From Candidatus Thorarchaeota archaeon (GTDB lineage: Archaea; Asgardarchaeota; Thorarchaeia; Thorarchaeales; Thorarchaeaceae): a stretch of 45,117 bases of DNA. Position 1 is the first letter of the stretch. The number at the start of each line of letters is the position of its first letter. Below the pieces are notes generated by a model that saw only the letters and a program-made list of their open reading frames with translations, did not search any database and was not told the DNA's origin. Both the position numbers and the translations under genes were made by a program. Location of the stretch: positions 149,657-194,773 of the forward strand of contig JBHLRS010000001.1 in NCBI GenBank assembly GCA_048882325.1, written 5' to 3'. Shown here piece after piece: positions 17,072 through 25,424 of this stretch.

Positions 17072-19042
17072 TTAGCAACCATTGGGGAGCTTTACGATAA
17101 ACCTAGTCCCCTGGGTGAAGTCTCCCTCAATCCGACCCTCTACTCTGATGCTACCAGAATATGTGTCTACAATTTGTTTGACCAACGTGAGCCCGACACC
17201 TGAAACTCTGTGAACTCTATCATCAATTCCTGTTAGTACGCTCTCTCTCAAACGGTCCTCAATTCCTTGTCCCCAATCCTCAAATTCGAATTGGAGGAAT
17301 TCACCATTATCTACCAAGTTGGTGGTCACATCTATTCGAACATCACCATTCAGTGTGAACTTCACAGCATTATGAAGGAGATTATAGAATACATCCTGAA
17401 GAAACTCATTTGCCATAATGCAATATTTGTTTGACTCAAGATTTGTTGAAATTGAGATACTCCTTTGTGGAAATGACTGCTTTACAGTCTGGATTGCAGC
17501 TGTTAGGGCTTCTGCTGGGTCTGTCTTCTCAAGAACGAACTCTTCTTGGTTCACCATGGAGAACTTCTTAACATTGTTAATAAGAGATACACTCCGGTTT
17601 ACTTGCATTAGAGCACTTCGTGCAATTCCTTTGAGATGCTCAGGGAAATCATTATCCTCTAGTATTAATTCAAGACTGGACATTATGCCTTGGTGAAGAT
17701 TGTTAATGTCGTGAGCCATCAAGTCTGACATCCAAATTGCACGAGCTCTTGCTTCTTCCCGTTGTTTTTCAGCTTCTACTTGATCAGTAATGTCAATTGA
17801 GAAACCACCAATAAGGGGTGCCCTCCCTTCTCTGATGATAGGGAATTTGTGAGTTCGAAAAGTACGGTGTTTTCCATCTTGAATACTTACTTGGACTCTG
17901 TCAATTGGTCCATCTTTCAAGACTTTCTGGTCTTCTTCGGTCAGTCGATCCGCACGTTCCTGCTTGAATAAATCCACGTTGTGCTTGCCTTCCCAATCCT
18001 CGGTTTGAGGTCGCCCCACCTGTTCTCGCATATACCTATTGATAAAAAGCACCCGTGACTTATCATCTTTGATATACACAGGACCAGGCATATGGTCTGC
18101 AAACGCCGTGAAACGATCCTTAAACTCTTCGAGTTCATCCTCCGTTCGCTTCCGCTCAAGGATTGTTGAGAACATTCCAGCTATAGTTGCAAAGACTGTG
18201 CGTTGTTCTTGATCCAGCGGTTTTGGTTCTTGAGCTGCTATGTTGATCACACCAAGAAGATTGTCTTCAGATCCGATGATTGGCCAGAATATTAGTGCGT
18301 GAATACCCAGTTCTCTTGCCCTTTTCATCCGATCCTTGCTTTCTGGTGATTTGTCTATATCTTCGGTAAATAATGGTGATTTTGTTCTTGCTGTACGTGC
18401 TACTAAGAAGTTTGGATCATCTAGCGGCACGACTTCAGGTGTTCCACCTTCTACCAATCCAATGTAAGCCATAAGGTGAAGTCCTTTTGTTTCAGGATTA
18501 AAGAGTCGTATTGTACCAAGATCAAATCCAAGGGTTTCAACAAGTCCGGTTAGTATCTGGTTACAAAGCTCCGGAACATCTTCACTACTGAGAGCAGCTT
18601 CCGCGACAATGCTGTAGGCCTTTCGTTCAGTGGAGATAGTTTCCTTTGAGAGTTCATCTCCTGTGACATCAATACCATAGGCGATAACATAGTTCTTTCC
18701 GTCAACAACTACAGAGTTAGCGGTTATTTCAAGGACAAAGGATTCTCCATTATTGTTTGTGAACCAGAAGCGGTTCTTGTCTGACTCCAATTTTCCTGAT
18801 CTACGATCAAGGAAGCTCGCGATGGCATCTTCTCGAATTTCTGGCTCGAGTACATTTGCAAAGTTCCTGACATCTTGTCCAATTGCTTGCTCTGGTATGA
18901 GGCCAACTGCATGTGCCAATGCGGAATTGGTGTAGACCACTTTTCCCTCGTGGCTGATGATGACTCCCTGCGGAGATGAATCAAACAGCAACTTCAGTAT
19001 ACTGCAATCAATTCCATCTTCCGAGTTCTGTGAGTCTTTCAC
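17072..19042 (-). CDS. Soluble PAS-GAF-PAS sensor histidine kinase
   Basis: H-box DLMAHDINN, N-box VFYNLLHNAVKF, G1 EDWGQGI, G2 SGVGLTLV. PAS- and GAF-like segments upstream; no TM helices. Confidence 0.9.
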   Translation of the reverse strand: MKDSQNSEDGIDCSILKLLFDSSPQGVIISHEGKVVYTNSALAHAVGLIPEQAIGQDVRNFANVLEPEIREDAIASFLDRRSGKLESDKNRFWFTNNNGESFVLEITANSVVVDGKNYVIAYGIDVTGDELSKETISTERKAYSIVAEAALSSEDVPELCNQILTGLVETLGFDLGTIRLFNPETKGLHLMAYIGLVEGGTPEVVPLDDPNFLVARTARTKSPLFTEDIDKSPESKDRMKRARELGIHALIFWPIIGSEDNLLGVINIAAQEPKPLDQEQRTVFATIAGMFSTILERKRTEDELEEFKDRFTAFADHMPGPVYIKDDKSRVLFINRYMREQVGRPQTEDWEGKHNVDLFKQERADRLTEEDQKVLKDGPIDRVQVSIQDGKHRTFRTHKFPIIREGRAPLIGGFSIDITDQVEAEKQREEARARAIWMSDLMAHDINNLHQGIMSSLELILEDNDFPEHLKGIARSALMQVNRSVSLINNVKKFSMVNQEEFVLEKTDPAEALTAAIQTVKQSFPQRSISISTNLESNKYCIMANEFLQDVFYNLLHNAVKFTLNGDVRIDVTTNLVDNGEFLQFEFEDWGQGIEDRLRESVLTGIDDRVHRVSGVGLTLVKQIVDTYSGSIRVEGRIEGDFTQGTRFIVKLPNGC

Positions 19043-19225
19043 CTATGTCACCAGCAACCTGACCCCTTTGAATTTCCTTCAAAAAAGATTTGGTAGAGAC
19101 ATAGAATAGCGTTTCATTTGAGATTCTAATACAATGTACATTTGCGTACATCAATGCACATTTATGCGTAATGCTTATAAGACTCTGGTTACCGACGAAT
19201 ACAATCGTTTCCGAGTGTGGTGTAA

Positions 19226-19310
19226 TGATACGAGCGTGCCTTGGCCAATGGCTTTGGGGTCCCGCGGGACCCGTTTAGTCTATTCGCCAAATGGTACAAA
19301 TGCCGTATCA
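19226..19310 (+). ncRNA. Candidate structured RNA (long interrupted hairpin) in the kinase/trpB2 intergenic region
   Basis: Five nested stems: TGATACG/CGTATCA, GTGCC/GGTAC, TTGGC/GCCAA, GGCT/AGTC, GGGTCCC/GGGACCC. G-U pairs work only on the + strand. Confidence 0.5.
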
Positions 19311-19432
19311 CCTTCTTCTGTCGAATTAATCATTGCGCGCTTACTTCATTTTGAGATTGGTCTACCTCTCTCCAGTGACCCACATCGTAGAAGACTCCAC
19401 ACTAGGAGCGATTTCTTTGTGGAGAATGTAAT

Positions 19433-20794
19433 ATGAAAAAAGAACATGCTAGAATCCAGTTGGATGTTGAAGATACTCCAAAATCTTTCCTAAATATCCT
19501 ACCACATCTAAAGAATCCTCTTCCGCCTCCGATCAATCCTGCTACAGAAGAGCCTGTAAGTCCGGATGCACTCCTAGCTCTCTTTCCAAAGGAATGTGTC
19601 ATGCAAGAGGTGTCTGATAAGAAGACAATCCCGATTCCTGCCGAAGTCAGAGAGATTATGATGCGTTCTGGAAGACCAACACCTCTTCAGAGAGCTATTG
19701 GTCTTGAAAGAGCTCTGAAGACTCCATGTCATATCTACTACAAGCGAGAAGATGTGTCGCCAACTGGTAGCCATAAGCTGAACACAGCAGCTACTCAAGC
19801 CTACTATGCCAAACAAGAAGGCACCGAACGGATGGCTACCGAAACCGGTGCAGGTCAGTGGGGTAGTGCAGTTGCACTTGCCTGCGCATACTTTGAGCTT
19901 GAAGCTATGGTCTACATGGTTCGAATCAGTTACGAGCAGAAAGCATACCGTGGAACCCTCATGAGGACCTATGGTGCAAATATAGTATCAAGTCCATCTG
20001 ATATGACCGAGTTTGGTCGAAAGCTAAAAAGTGAACAACCTGATCATCCAGGTACTCTCGGTATTGCCATTAGTGAAGCATTAGAAGACACAGTGAGTCA
20101 TGAGAATACCAAGTATACACTTGGGTCAGTTCTGAACTTCGTCATGCTCCATCAATCTGTAATTGGTCAAGAAGCGATTACGCAGCTTGACAGTATTGAG
20201 GAAACTCCAAATTATGTCATTGGTTGTGTTGGTGGAGGCAGTAATTTTGCAGGATTAGCTTATCCGTTCATTGCGGATGGTCGATTCGAAGACACTCAGT
20301 TCATTGCTGCTGAACCAACCGCCTGTCCATCTCTAACCAGAGGCGAATATCGATACGACTTTGGTGACACAGCAGGACTTACTCCAAAACTCAAAATGCA
20401 CACTCTGGGCGCTGACTTCACTCCTCCCAAAATTCACGCAGGGGGTCTACGATATCACGGAGTCGCCCCAACAGTCAGCGCCCTCGTTAATGAGGGTCGC
20501 ATCAAGGCGAGAGCGTTCAATCAGATTGATGTCTTAGAGGCAGGTGTCCTCTTCGCGAAAGCGGAAGGAGTTATTCCTGCTCCAGAATCTGCTCACGCCA
20601 TAAAAGCCACAATCGACATCGCATTAGAGGCTAAGAAGAAGAACGAATCTTGCACAATTGTCTTCAACCTATCTGGACATGGTCACTTCGATATGGCCGC
20701 CTATGGAGCTCTCATGGATGGCACCCTAAATGGTGATGTTCCAACAGGACTTCCTAAAGCTGAAAGTGAACTCCTCACAGTAGAAGGTAAGTGA
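19433..20794 (+). CDS. trpB2: Tryptophan synthase beta chain, type 2 (stand-alone TrpB2)
   Basis: GRPTPLQRA, PTGSHKLN (PLP Lys), TETGAGQWG, GCVGGGSN, YDFGDTAGLTP, IHAGGLRYHG, PAPESAHA, NLSGHG. Confidence 0.95.
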   Translation: MKKEHARIQLDVEDTPKSFLNILPHLKNPLPPPINPATEEPVSPDALLALFPKECVMQEVSDKKTIPIPAEVREIMMRSGRPTPLQRAIGLERALKTPCHIYYKREDVSPTGSHKLNTAATQAYYAKQEGTERMATETGAGQWGSAVALACAYFELEAMVYMVRISYEQKAYRGTLMRTYGANIVSSPSDMTEFGRKLKSEQPDHPGTLGIAISEALEDTVSHENTKYTLGSVLNFVMLHQSVIGQEAITQLDSIEETPNYVIGCVGGGSNFAGLAYPFIADGRFEDTQFIAAEPTACPSLTRGEYRYDFGDTAGLTPKLKMHTLGADFTPPKIHAGGLRYHGVAPTVSALVNEGRIKARAFNQIDVLEAGVLFAKAEGVIPAPESAHAIKATIDIALEAKKKNESCTIVFNLSGHGHFDMAAYGALMDGTLNGDVPTGLPKAESELLTVEGK

Positions 20795-20798
20795 TAAC

Positions 20799-20823
20799 GA
20801 GACCGCTGCCTAGCAGCGGTTTC
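20799..20823. terminator. Hairpin between convergent genes, probable terminator
   Basis: GAGACCGCTGC-CTA-GCAGCGGTTTC followed by T-rich sequence. Confidence 0.65.
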
Positions 20824-20832
20824 TATTATTTT

Positions 20833-22221
20833 TCATTTTTGTAGCTTTAACACATTGGCCAAAGCTTGGGCTGCTCTCTGGGGACTTGAAAAGAAAGGTA
20901 TCCCTGCGGCTTCAAGTACCTCGTGCCCCGGTGGTTTCCTCGTCACAGGAGAAGCTAATACACTAATGACTGGTTTTGAGAACTTCTTTGACGTTTCTAC
21001 AAGCTCTTTGACTGGTACACCTCCTCCAATTCCTTCCTGGTAGTTTGGTGAGAAGACGATCATGACCGAGTCAAATTGGTCTTCCATGAGGAGAAGCTTG
21101 AAGGCTTCAGCAAAAATCGTCGGATTAGCCCATCCTTGTGCTAGAAGGTCGATGGGATTCTTGATGGGTATTTCAACTGGCATGTTCAGCATTGATTCAA
21201 TCTTCGATGCAACATCTTTGGATGGGAGTGGAAGCTCAATTCCGTTCAGCTCAAGAGTCTGAGCCGCAACCAATGCTATTCCTAAAGTGTGGGTCAGGAT
21301 AGCAACCCTACGACCCTGTGGTTTGTGCTTGCATGTCGTGAGAATTCGAGCAGTATCAATCATCTCCCCAACACCCGCTACTTCGATGGCTCCTGACTGT
21401 TTGATTGCTGCACTATATAGCTCCGTATTTCCAGCAAGGCTACCTGTATGACTCAAAGCTGCTTCTCTTGCCGCAGGTGTCTTACCAACCTTGAAGATAA
21501 TTACCGGTTTACTCGGAGTCGTTATCCTCAATTCATCAGTCATTTCTCTCGCGTATTCTGTCCCTTCGATAAATAGACAAATCACATCTGTTTCCGAGTC
21601 CTCACGTAGATATCGCAACATGTCGTGGAAATCTACATTGACCCGATTTCCAACACTTGCGAACTTGGATACTCCCAGATCTGAATCTGCAGCGGCGTAG
21701 ATCATCAATCCAGTCACGCCACCGCTTTGACTCACTAATGCTACAGAACCTCGTCGTAGTGGGGTAGGGTGTGGAAAGAATGTTGCATTCAGTTTTATTC
21801 CTGGATTCCCCGCACCCAAACAGTTTGGTCCTATGACAGCAATGTGACCTGCATCAGCAACCTCTTTCACCTTCTGTTGATGAATCTCACCTATCCCACC
21901 AAGTTCTTTGAAACCAGCTGAAAAGATAATGGCCCCTTTAACACCTTTTTCAGAACACTCATTGAGTGCTGATAGAATATGCTGAGGACCAAGAGCTATC
22001 AATGCCAAATCAATTTCATCATCGATGTCTAAAATAGATGGATAGCACATAGTGTCGCTTATGGTCTTAATTCGTGGATTCACAGGAAAGACTTTACCTG
22101 CATACTCTTGTAAGGCTAAAAAAGCAAGTGCACCTAGTTTGTCAGGTTTGTCTGAAGCTCCAACGATAGCTATTGTATCAGGATTGAACAACTTGTCAAG
22201 TGACTCATTCTTCCATGTCAT
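20833..22221 (-). CDS. ADP-forming acyl/acetyl-CoA synthetase alpha-like subunit (CoA-binding)
   Basis: IAIVGAS, SAGFKE, IGPNCLG, SQSGG, SVGN, SHTGSLAG (phospho-His), NPIDL. No ATP-grasp beta domain. Confidence 0.88.
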   Translation of the reverse strand: MTWKNESLDKLFNPDTIAIVGASDKPDKLGALAFLALQEYAGKVFPVNPRIKTISDTMCYPSILDIDDEIDLALIALGPQHILSALNECSEKGVKGAIIFSAGFKELGGIGEIHQQKVKEVADAGHIAVIGPNCLGAGNPGIKLNATFFPHPTPLRRGSVALVSQSGGVTGLMIYAAADSDLGVSKFASVGNRVNVDFHDMLRYLREDSETDVICLFIEGTEYAREMTDELRITTPSKPVIIFKVGKTPAAREAALSHTGSLAGNTELYSAAIKQSGAIEVAGVGEMIDTARILTTCKHKPQGRRVAILTHTLGIALVAAQTLELNGIELPLPSKDVASKIESMLNMPVEIPIKNPIDLLAQGWANPTIFAEAFKLLLMEDQFDSVMIVFSPNYQEGIGGGVPVKELVETSKKFSKPVISVLASPVTRKPPGHEVLEAAGIPFFSSPQRAAQALANVLKLQK

Positions 22222-23123
22222 TACTCAGCAGCATCCTCCTTGAAAGAGCTATAGAGTTTGGTCACTCTTGAGATTATGAGGGAAGAGATGTCTCGATAGA
22301 CTTCACTATAACTCCCCAACCCAACAGTGGATACACCTGCTTTTTTGGCTTCGTCAGTCATGTATTCCTGAATTTCTCGAGTATATTCAAATTCCTTTCT
22401 TCGGATAGCCTTGTCCTCAGAAACAGTTGTCAATTTTCCAATATCGTGCTTGCTTGAGAACATAGCTCTGTGGGTTTCAAGCTCAGGATTGATCAAGACT
22501 TCAATCACACCAGAACTTAGTTTCTGAAGTCTACCCGGGATAATGTGAACTCCTTCGATGACTGCTACAGCACCTTCAGCAATCACTCTTTTGGTTGCAG
22601 TTTCAATATGTGGAAATAGAAGATTGAACTGAGCTAAGAACCCTCTGATTATGGGATTCAGATTTTTGGGACCAGCCTGACGATACTTGTGAGCTTGGTA
22701 GGTATGACAGAATAACTCTGGATGCTTTTTCTCACTTAAAATTCCTCTGAGAACCTGACGAACTGTATCTGTACTGATGAATCTTGTAGCAGCAAGGTCA
22801 CGTATGAGTTCGAGTGCTACCAGTGTTTTACCTGTGGCTGAAGCCCCTTCTATGATTACTGCAATCGCAGGTAAATCAGAAGTTACTCCACGAAGTAGTT
22901 CGTAATCGGTAAGGACTTCGAAATTACTGAGAATTGATGGGTCAAATGATTTCAGAGACTCTCGTACGTGTTCTAGGAGTATATCCTCAGTTTCAAGATC
23001 TCTAATAGAAGTTTCATCAACGACTTCAGAGATGAGTTGGTCATCGAGTCCACTAAGTCTTAATCGACCTTTTATTGTGAAAAGAGGATAAGGAATCGTT
23101 TCATCTCCAACTCGTACTCTCAT
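22221..23123 (-). CDS. 2-phosphoglycerate kinase-like P-loop kinase
   Basis: IIEGASATGKT, ISTDTVRQVLR, VIEGVHIIPG, IREIQ-like TREIQEY. Stop overlaps the next start by 1 nt. Confidence 0.75.
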   Translation of the reverse strand: MRVRVGDETIPYPLFTIKGRLRLSGLDDQLISEVVDETSIRDLETEDILLEHVRESLKSFDPSILSNFEVLTDYELLRGVTSDLPAIAVIIEGASATGKTLVALELIRDLAATRFISTDTVRQVLRGILSEKKHPELFCHTYQAHKYRQAGPKNLNPIIRGFLAQFNLLFPHIETATKRVIAEGAVAVIEGVHIIPGRLQKLSSGVIEVLINPELETHRAMFSSKHDIGKLTTVSEDKAIRRKEFEYTREIQEYMTDEAKKAGVSTVGLGSYSEVYRDISSLIISRVTKLYSSFKEDAAE

Positions 23124-23161
23124 GACATCTGCACCTAGGTACCAATGTCATGCGAACAGCC

Positions 23162-23653
23162 TCAAAAGCTCTTCCTTGAACAGTATCCCTTTGATTCTCT
23201 TCCAGGAGTTCCCTGAAAAGAACGTCCTGTTGGAGACCGTTTCTGTTTCCTCCGTTTTGGTCGACCCATAAACGGTCTACTCATGTCAATTGTTCCATCA
23301 ACTTGAGTTATCTCGGAGGAAGCACATCGGATAATCCCCCATCGCCCCTTAGTGAGACTCATGCACTCATCATAGAGAGTAACATATCCGTTCACTAGCT
23401 CGTATGTCTTCCCCAGTTCTATTTCGTCTATGTCTTCATTCCAGAGAGTTAAAGTGATGATTGCAGATTCATCTCCCGCAACACACTCAGAAATGAGGTG
23501 AATTCTCCCTGATACTCTTGCGGTAACTTGACGTGGTGGTTTTTTGCCGATTACACAGAACTTGACGTTAACTGCTCTTGATTCCACTGTCAGATCCGAA
23601 ATTTGAGTCCATTCATCGTTCTGAATTTCGATTGAGTCACTCACATCTTGCAA
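23162..23653 (-). CDS. Single OB-fold ssDNA-binding protein (SSB/RPA-like) with basic tail
   Basis: ISDL...VNVKFCV...VAGDESAIITLTLWN...NGYVTLY...GRWG, followed by an Arg/Lys/Gly-rich C-terminus. Confidence 0.8.
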   Translation of the reverse strand: MQDVSDSIEIQNDEWTQISDLTVESRAVNVKFCVIGKKPPRQVTARVSGRIHLISECVAGDESAIITLTLWNEDIDEIELGKTYELVNGYVTLYDECMSLTKGRWGIIRCASSEITQVDGTIDMSRPFMGRPKRRKQKRSPTGRSFQGTPGRESKGYCSRKSF

Positions 23654-23710
23654 AGTGGATTCACATCCGAGGATGTGTCCTTCTAATCATTAATGAACTC
23701 CACACTTAGC

Positions 23711-24799
23711 TCACGTGTATAACTCTTTCAGAGCTTTTTTGAGTTGCTCCAATCCCTTAATCAATTCCTCTTCTTCTCCACCAAATCCAAGACGGAAGTA
23801 TCCCTCCATCTCTAATCTGGAGCCAGGAACAGTGAACGTCCTATATTTGGCTACAAGAAGCTCGCACAGCTCATCAGTACTTCCACCTTGCTTCAATCTG
23901 GGTGCACCAATGACACCGCTTTTTGGCTCAATCCATTCTAGCCACTCTTGCGAGTCCATCCACTCTTTGACAATCTTGAAATTCGCTCTCACTGCCTTCA
24001 TTACTTCAATGAGGACCTCGTCTTTCTTACTAAGAACACTTTGCGCAACAGCCTCACCTACCGATGAGTTGCAGATGGTGACCTGTTCTCTCACTGCTCG
24101 AATTGCCTCGATGATAGGTCTATCTGCAACAGCCCATCCAATTCGTATGCCTGGTAGTCCCCATGTCTTCGACATGCTTGTCAGACTGATGGCATTAGGA
24201 CTCAACGTTGCAGCAAGTGGTGGCGGTGTTTCAAACATGAGGTCTCTATAGGTTTCATCAAGCATCAGATATGCTCCTGCTTCCTCTGCAATCTCGATTG
24301 CTTCCTTGATTTCATTTTTTGTAATGACTGAACCAGTAGGATTGTTGGGGTGAGTCAGTGTGATTAATTTCGTATTTGGTTTGACCAACCTCCGCAATTT
24401 ATCCAAATCAGGTCTGAACTCATTATCCCAGTCCAATTTGAAGAGAGTGAGGTCTCTTCCGAGTGACCGAGCCACTTGATACAGCGATGGATATGTTGGA
24501 TGCTCGACAATGATGTTGTCCTTGGGTCCGACAAGATGTGCTATGATTGCAAAGTTAGCCTCGCTAGCTCCTGTTGTGACCGCAACATTGTCAAGAGAAA
24601 GTCCTGAGTAAAACTTAGCGATCTCTTTTCTTAAATCAGGATGACCGAGGTGATACCCATAACGAAGCTGAACCTTCTTGAGATCTTGTCCGAGATCTTC
24701 CACGGTCAACCATTTGGTTCCACTCTCTCCAATGTCGTAATCTACCTCAAACTGATGGTCATCAAACCATATCTCTAGGGGCATTCTATCAAATGTCAA
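23711..24799 (-). CDS. PLP-dependent class I/II aminotransferase
   Basis: TTGASEA, HPNNPTG, DETYR, SMSKTWGLPGIRIGW. Start placed at TTG 24799; the ORF track uses 24823. Confidence 0.9.
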   Translation of the reverse strand: MTFDRMPLEIWFDDHQFEVDYDIGESGTKWLTVEDLGQDLKKVQLRYGYHLGHPDLRKEIAKFYSGLSLDNVAVTTGASEANFAIIAHLVGPKDNIIVEHPTYPSLYQVARSLGRDLTLFKLDWDNEFRPDLDKLRRLVKPNTKLITLTHPNNPTGSVITKNEIKEAIEIAEEAGAYLMLDETYRDLMFETPPPLAATLSPNAISLTSMSKTWGLPGIRIGWAVADRPIIEAIRAVREQVTICNSSVGEAVAQSVLSKKDEVLIEVMKAVRANFKIVKEWMDSQEWLEWIEPKSGVIGAPRLKQGGSTDELCELLVAKYRTFTVPGSRLEMEGYFRLGFGGEEEELIKGLEQLKKALKELYT

Positions 24800-24936
24800 A
24801 CTTATGGCCTCGCAGATGAACAAATGCGTCTCGGTGATAAATAACTTCGTGAAGTAACTTCTACTTGTTATAACACACGATTATTAAGGCTCTATGAATT
24901 TAAAGCACAATTAACCGATTTTATGTGGGGATATAC

Positions 24937-25347
24937 ATGACCTTCAGGATACTCATAGTGGATGATGAACCAGCCATTCATGAGGTTATGTTAGTGTATC
25001 TCAAACGATTCTTAGATGACTTCGAGCTGATAGTTGCATCATCTGGAGTACAAGCTATTGGAACATCAACACAGATGCTTGATGATGGACATCCTCCTGA
25101 CATTGTCTTAATGGATATGAAGATGCCCTTAATGGATGGTATCGAATGTACCCGAAAGTTATTGGAGCTTGGAATCACAAACATCCATCTCTTAACAGCC
25201 TATTTTGACCCCATTGCAGCTAAGGAGGCTGCTGAAGTTGGTGTAAAGGGTGTTATGAAAAAGAGCGAGGGATTAGCAAACGTTGCAAAGAAAGTAGCTG
25301 ATATGATTCGCGGTACCAAAGAACCCACTCCAACCACTAGTCCCTGA
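24937..25347 (+). CDS. Single-domain response regulator (CheY-like receiver)
   Basis: ILIVDDE, PDIVLMDMKMPLMDG, LLTA, MKK. ATG at 24937. Confidence 0.92.
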   Translation: MTFRILIVDDEPAIHEVMLVYLKRFLDDFELIVASSGVQAIGTSTQMLDDGHPPDIVLMDMKMPLMDGIECTRKLLELGITNIHLLTAYFDPIAAKEAAEVGVKGVMKKSEGLANVAKKVADMIRGTKEPTPTTSP

Positions 25348-25424
25348 TAGTGCCTAACAAAAACCCTTTTCAGTTCTGAAACGATATCTGAAATCTAGCG
25401 TTGCTTTGGAGATGAGATAGAATT

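Noticed and set aside
19225-19310. Hairpin as SECIS, C/D box, SRP or 5S RNA
   Set aside because: It lies 5' of both neighbours, its ATGA is Watson-Crick paired rather than in a GA quartet, and the signature motifs of those RNAs are absent.
19134-19436. 100-aa ORF upstream of trpB2 as a leader peptide or gene
   Set aside because: No recognisable motif and no Trp-codon run. It spans the promoter-like and hairpin sequence, so it is probably spurious.
19433-20794. trpB without trpA as an anomaly
   Set aside because: Stand-alone TrpB2 is well known in archaea.
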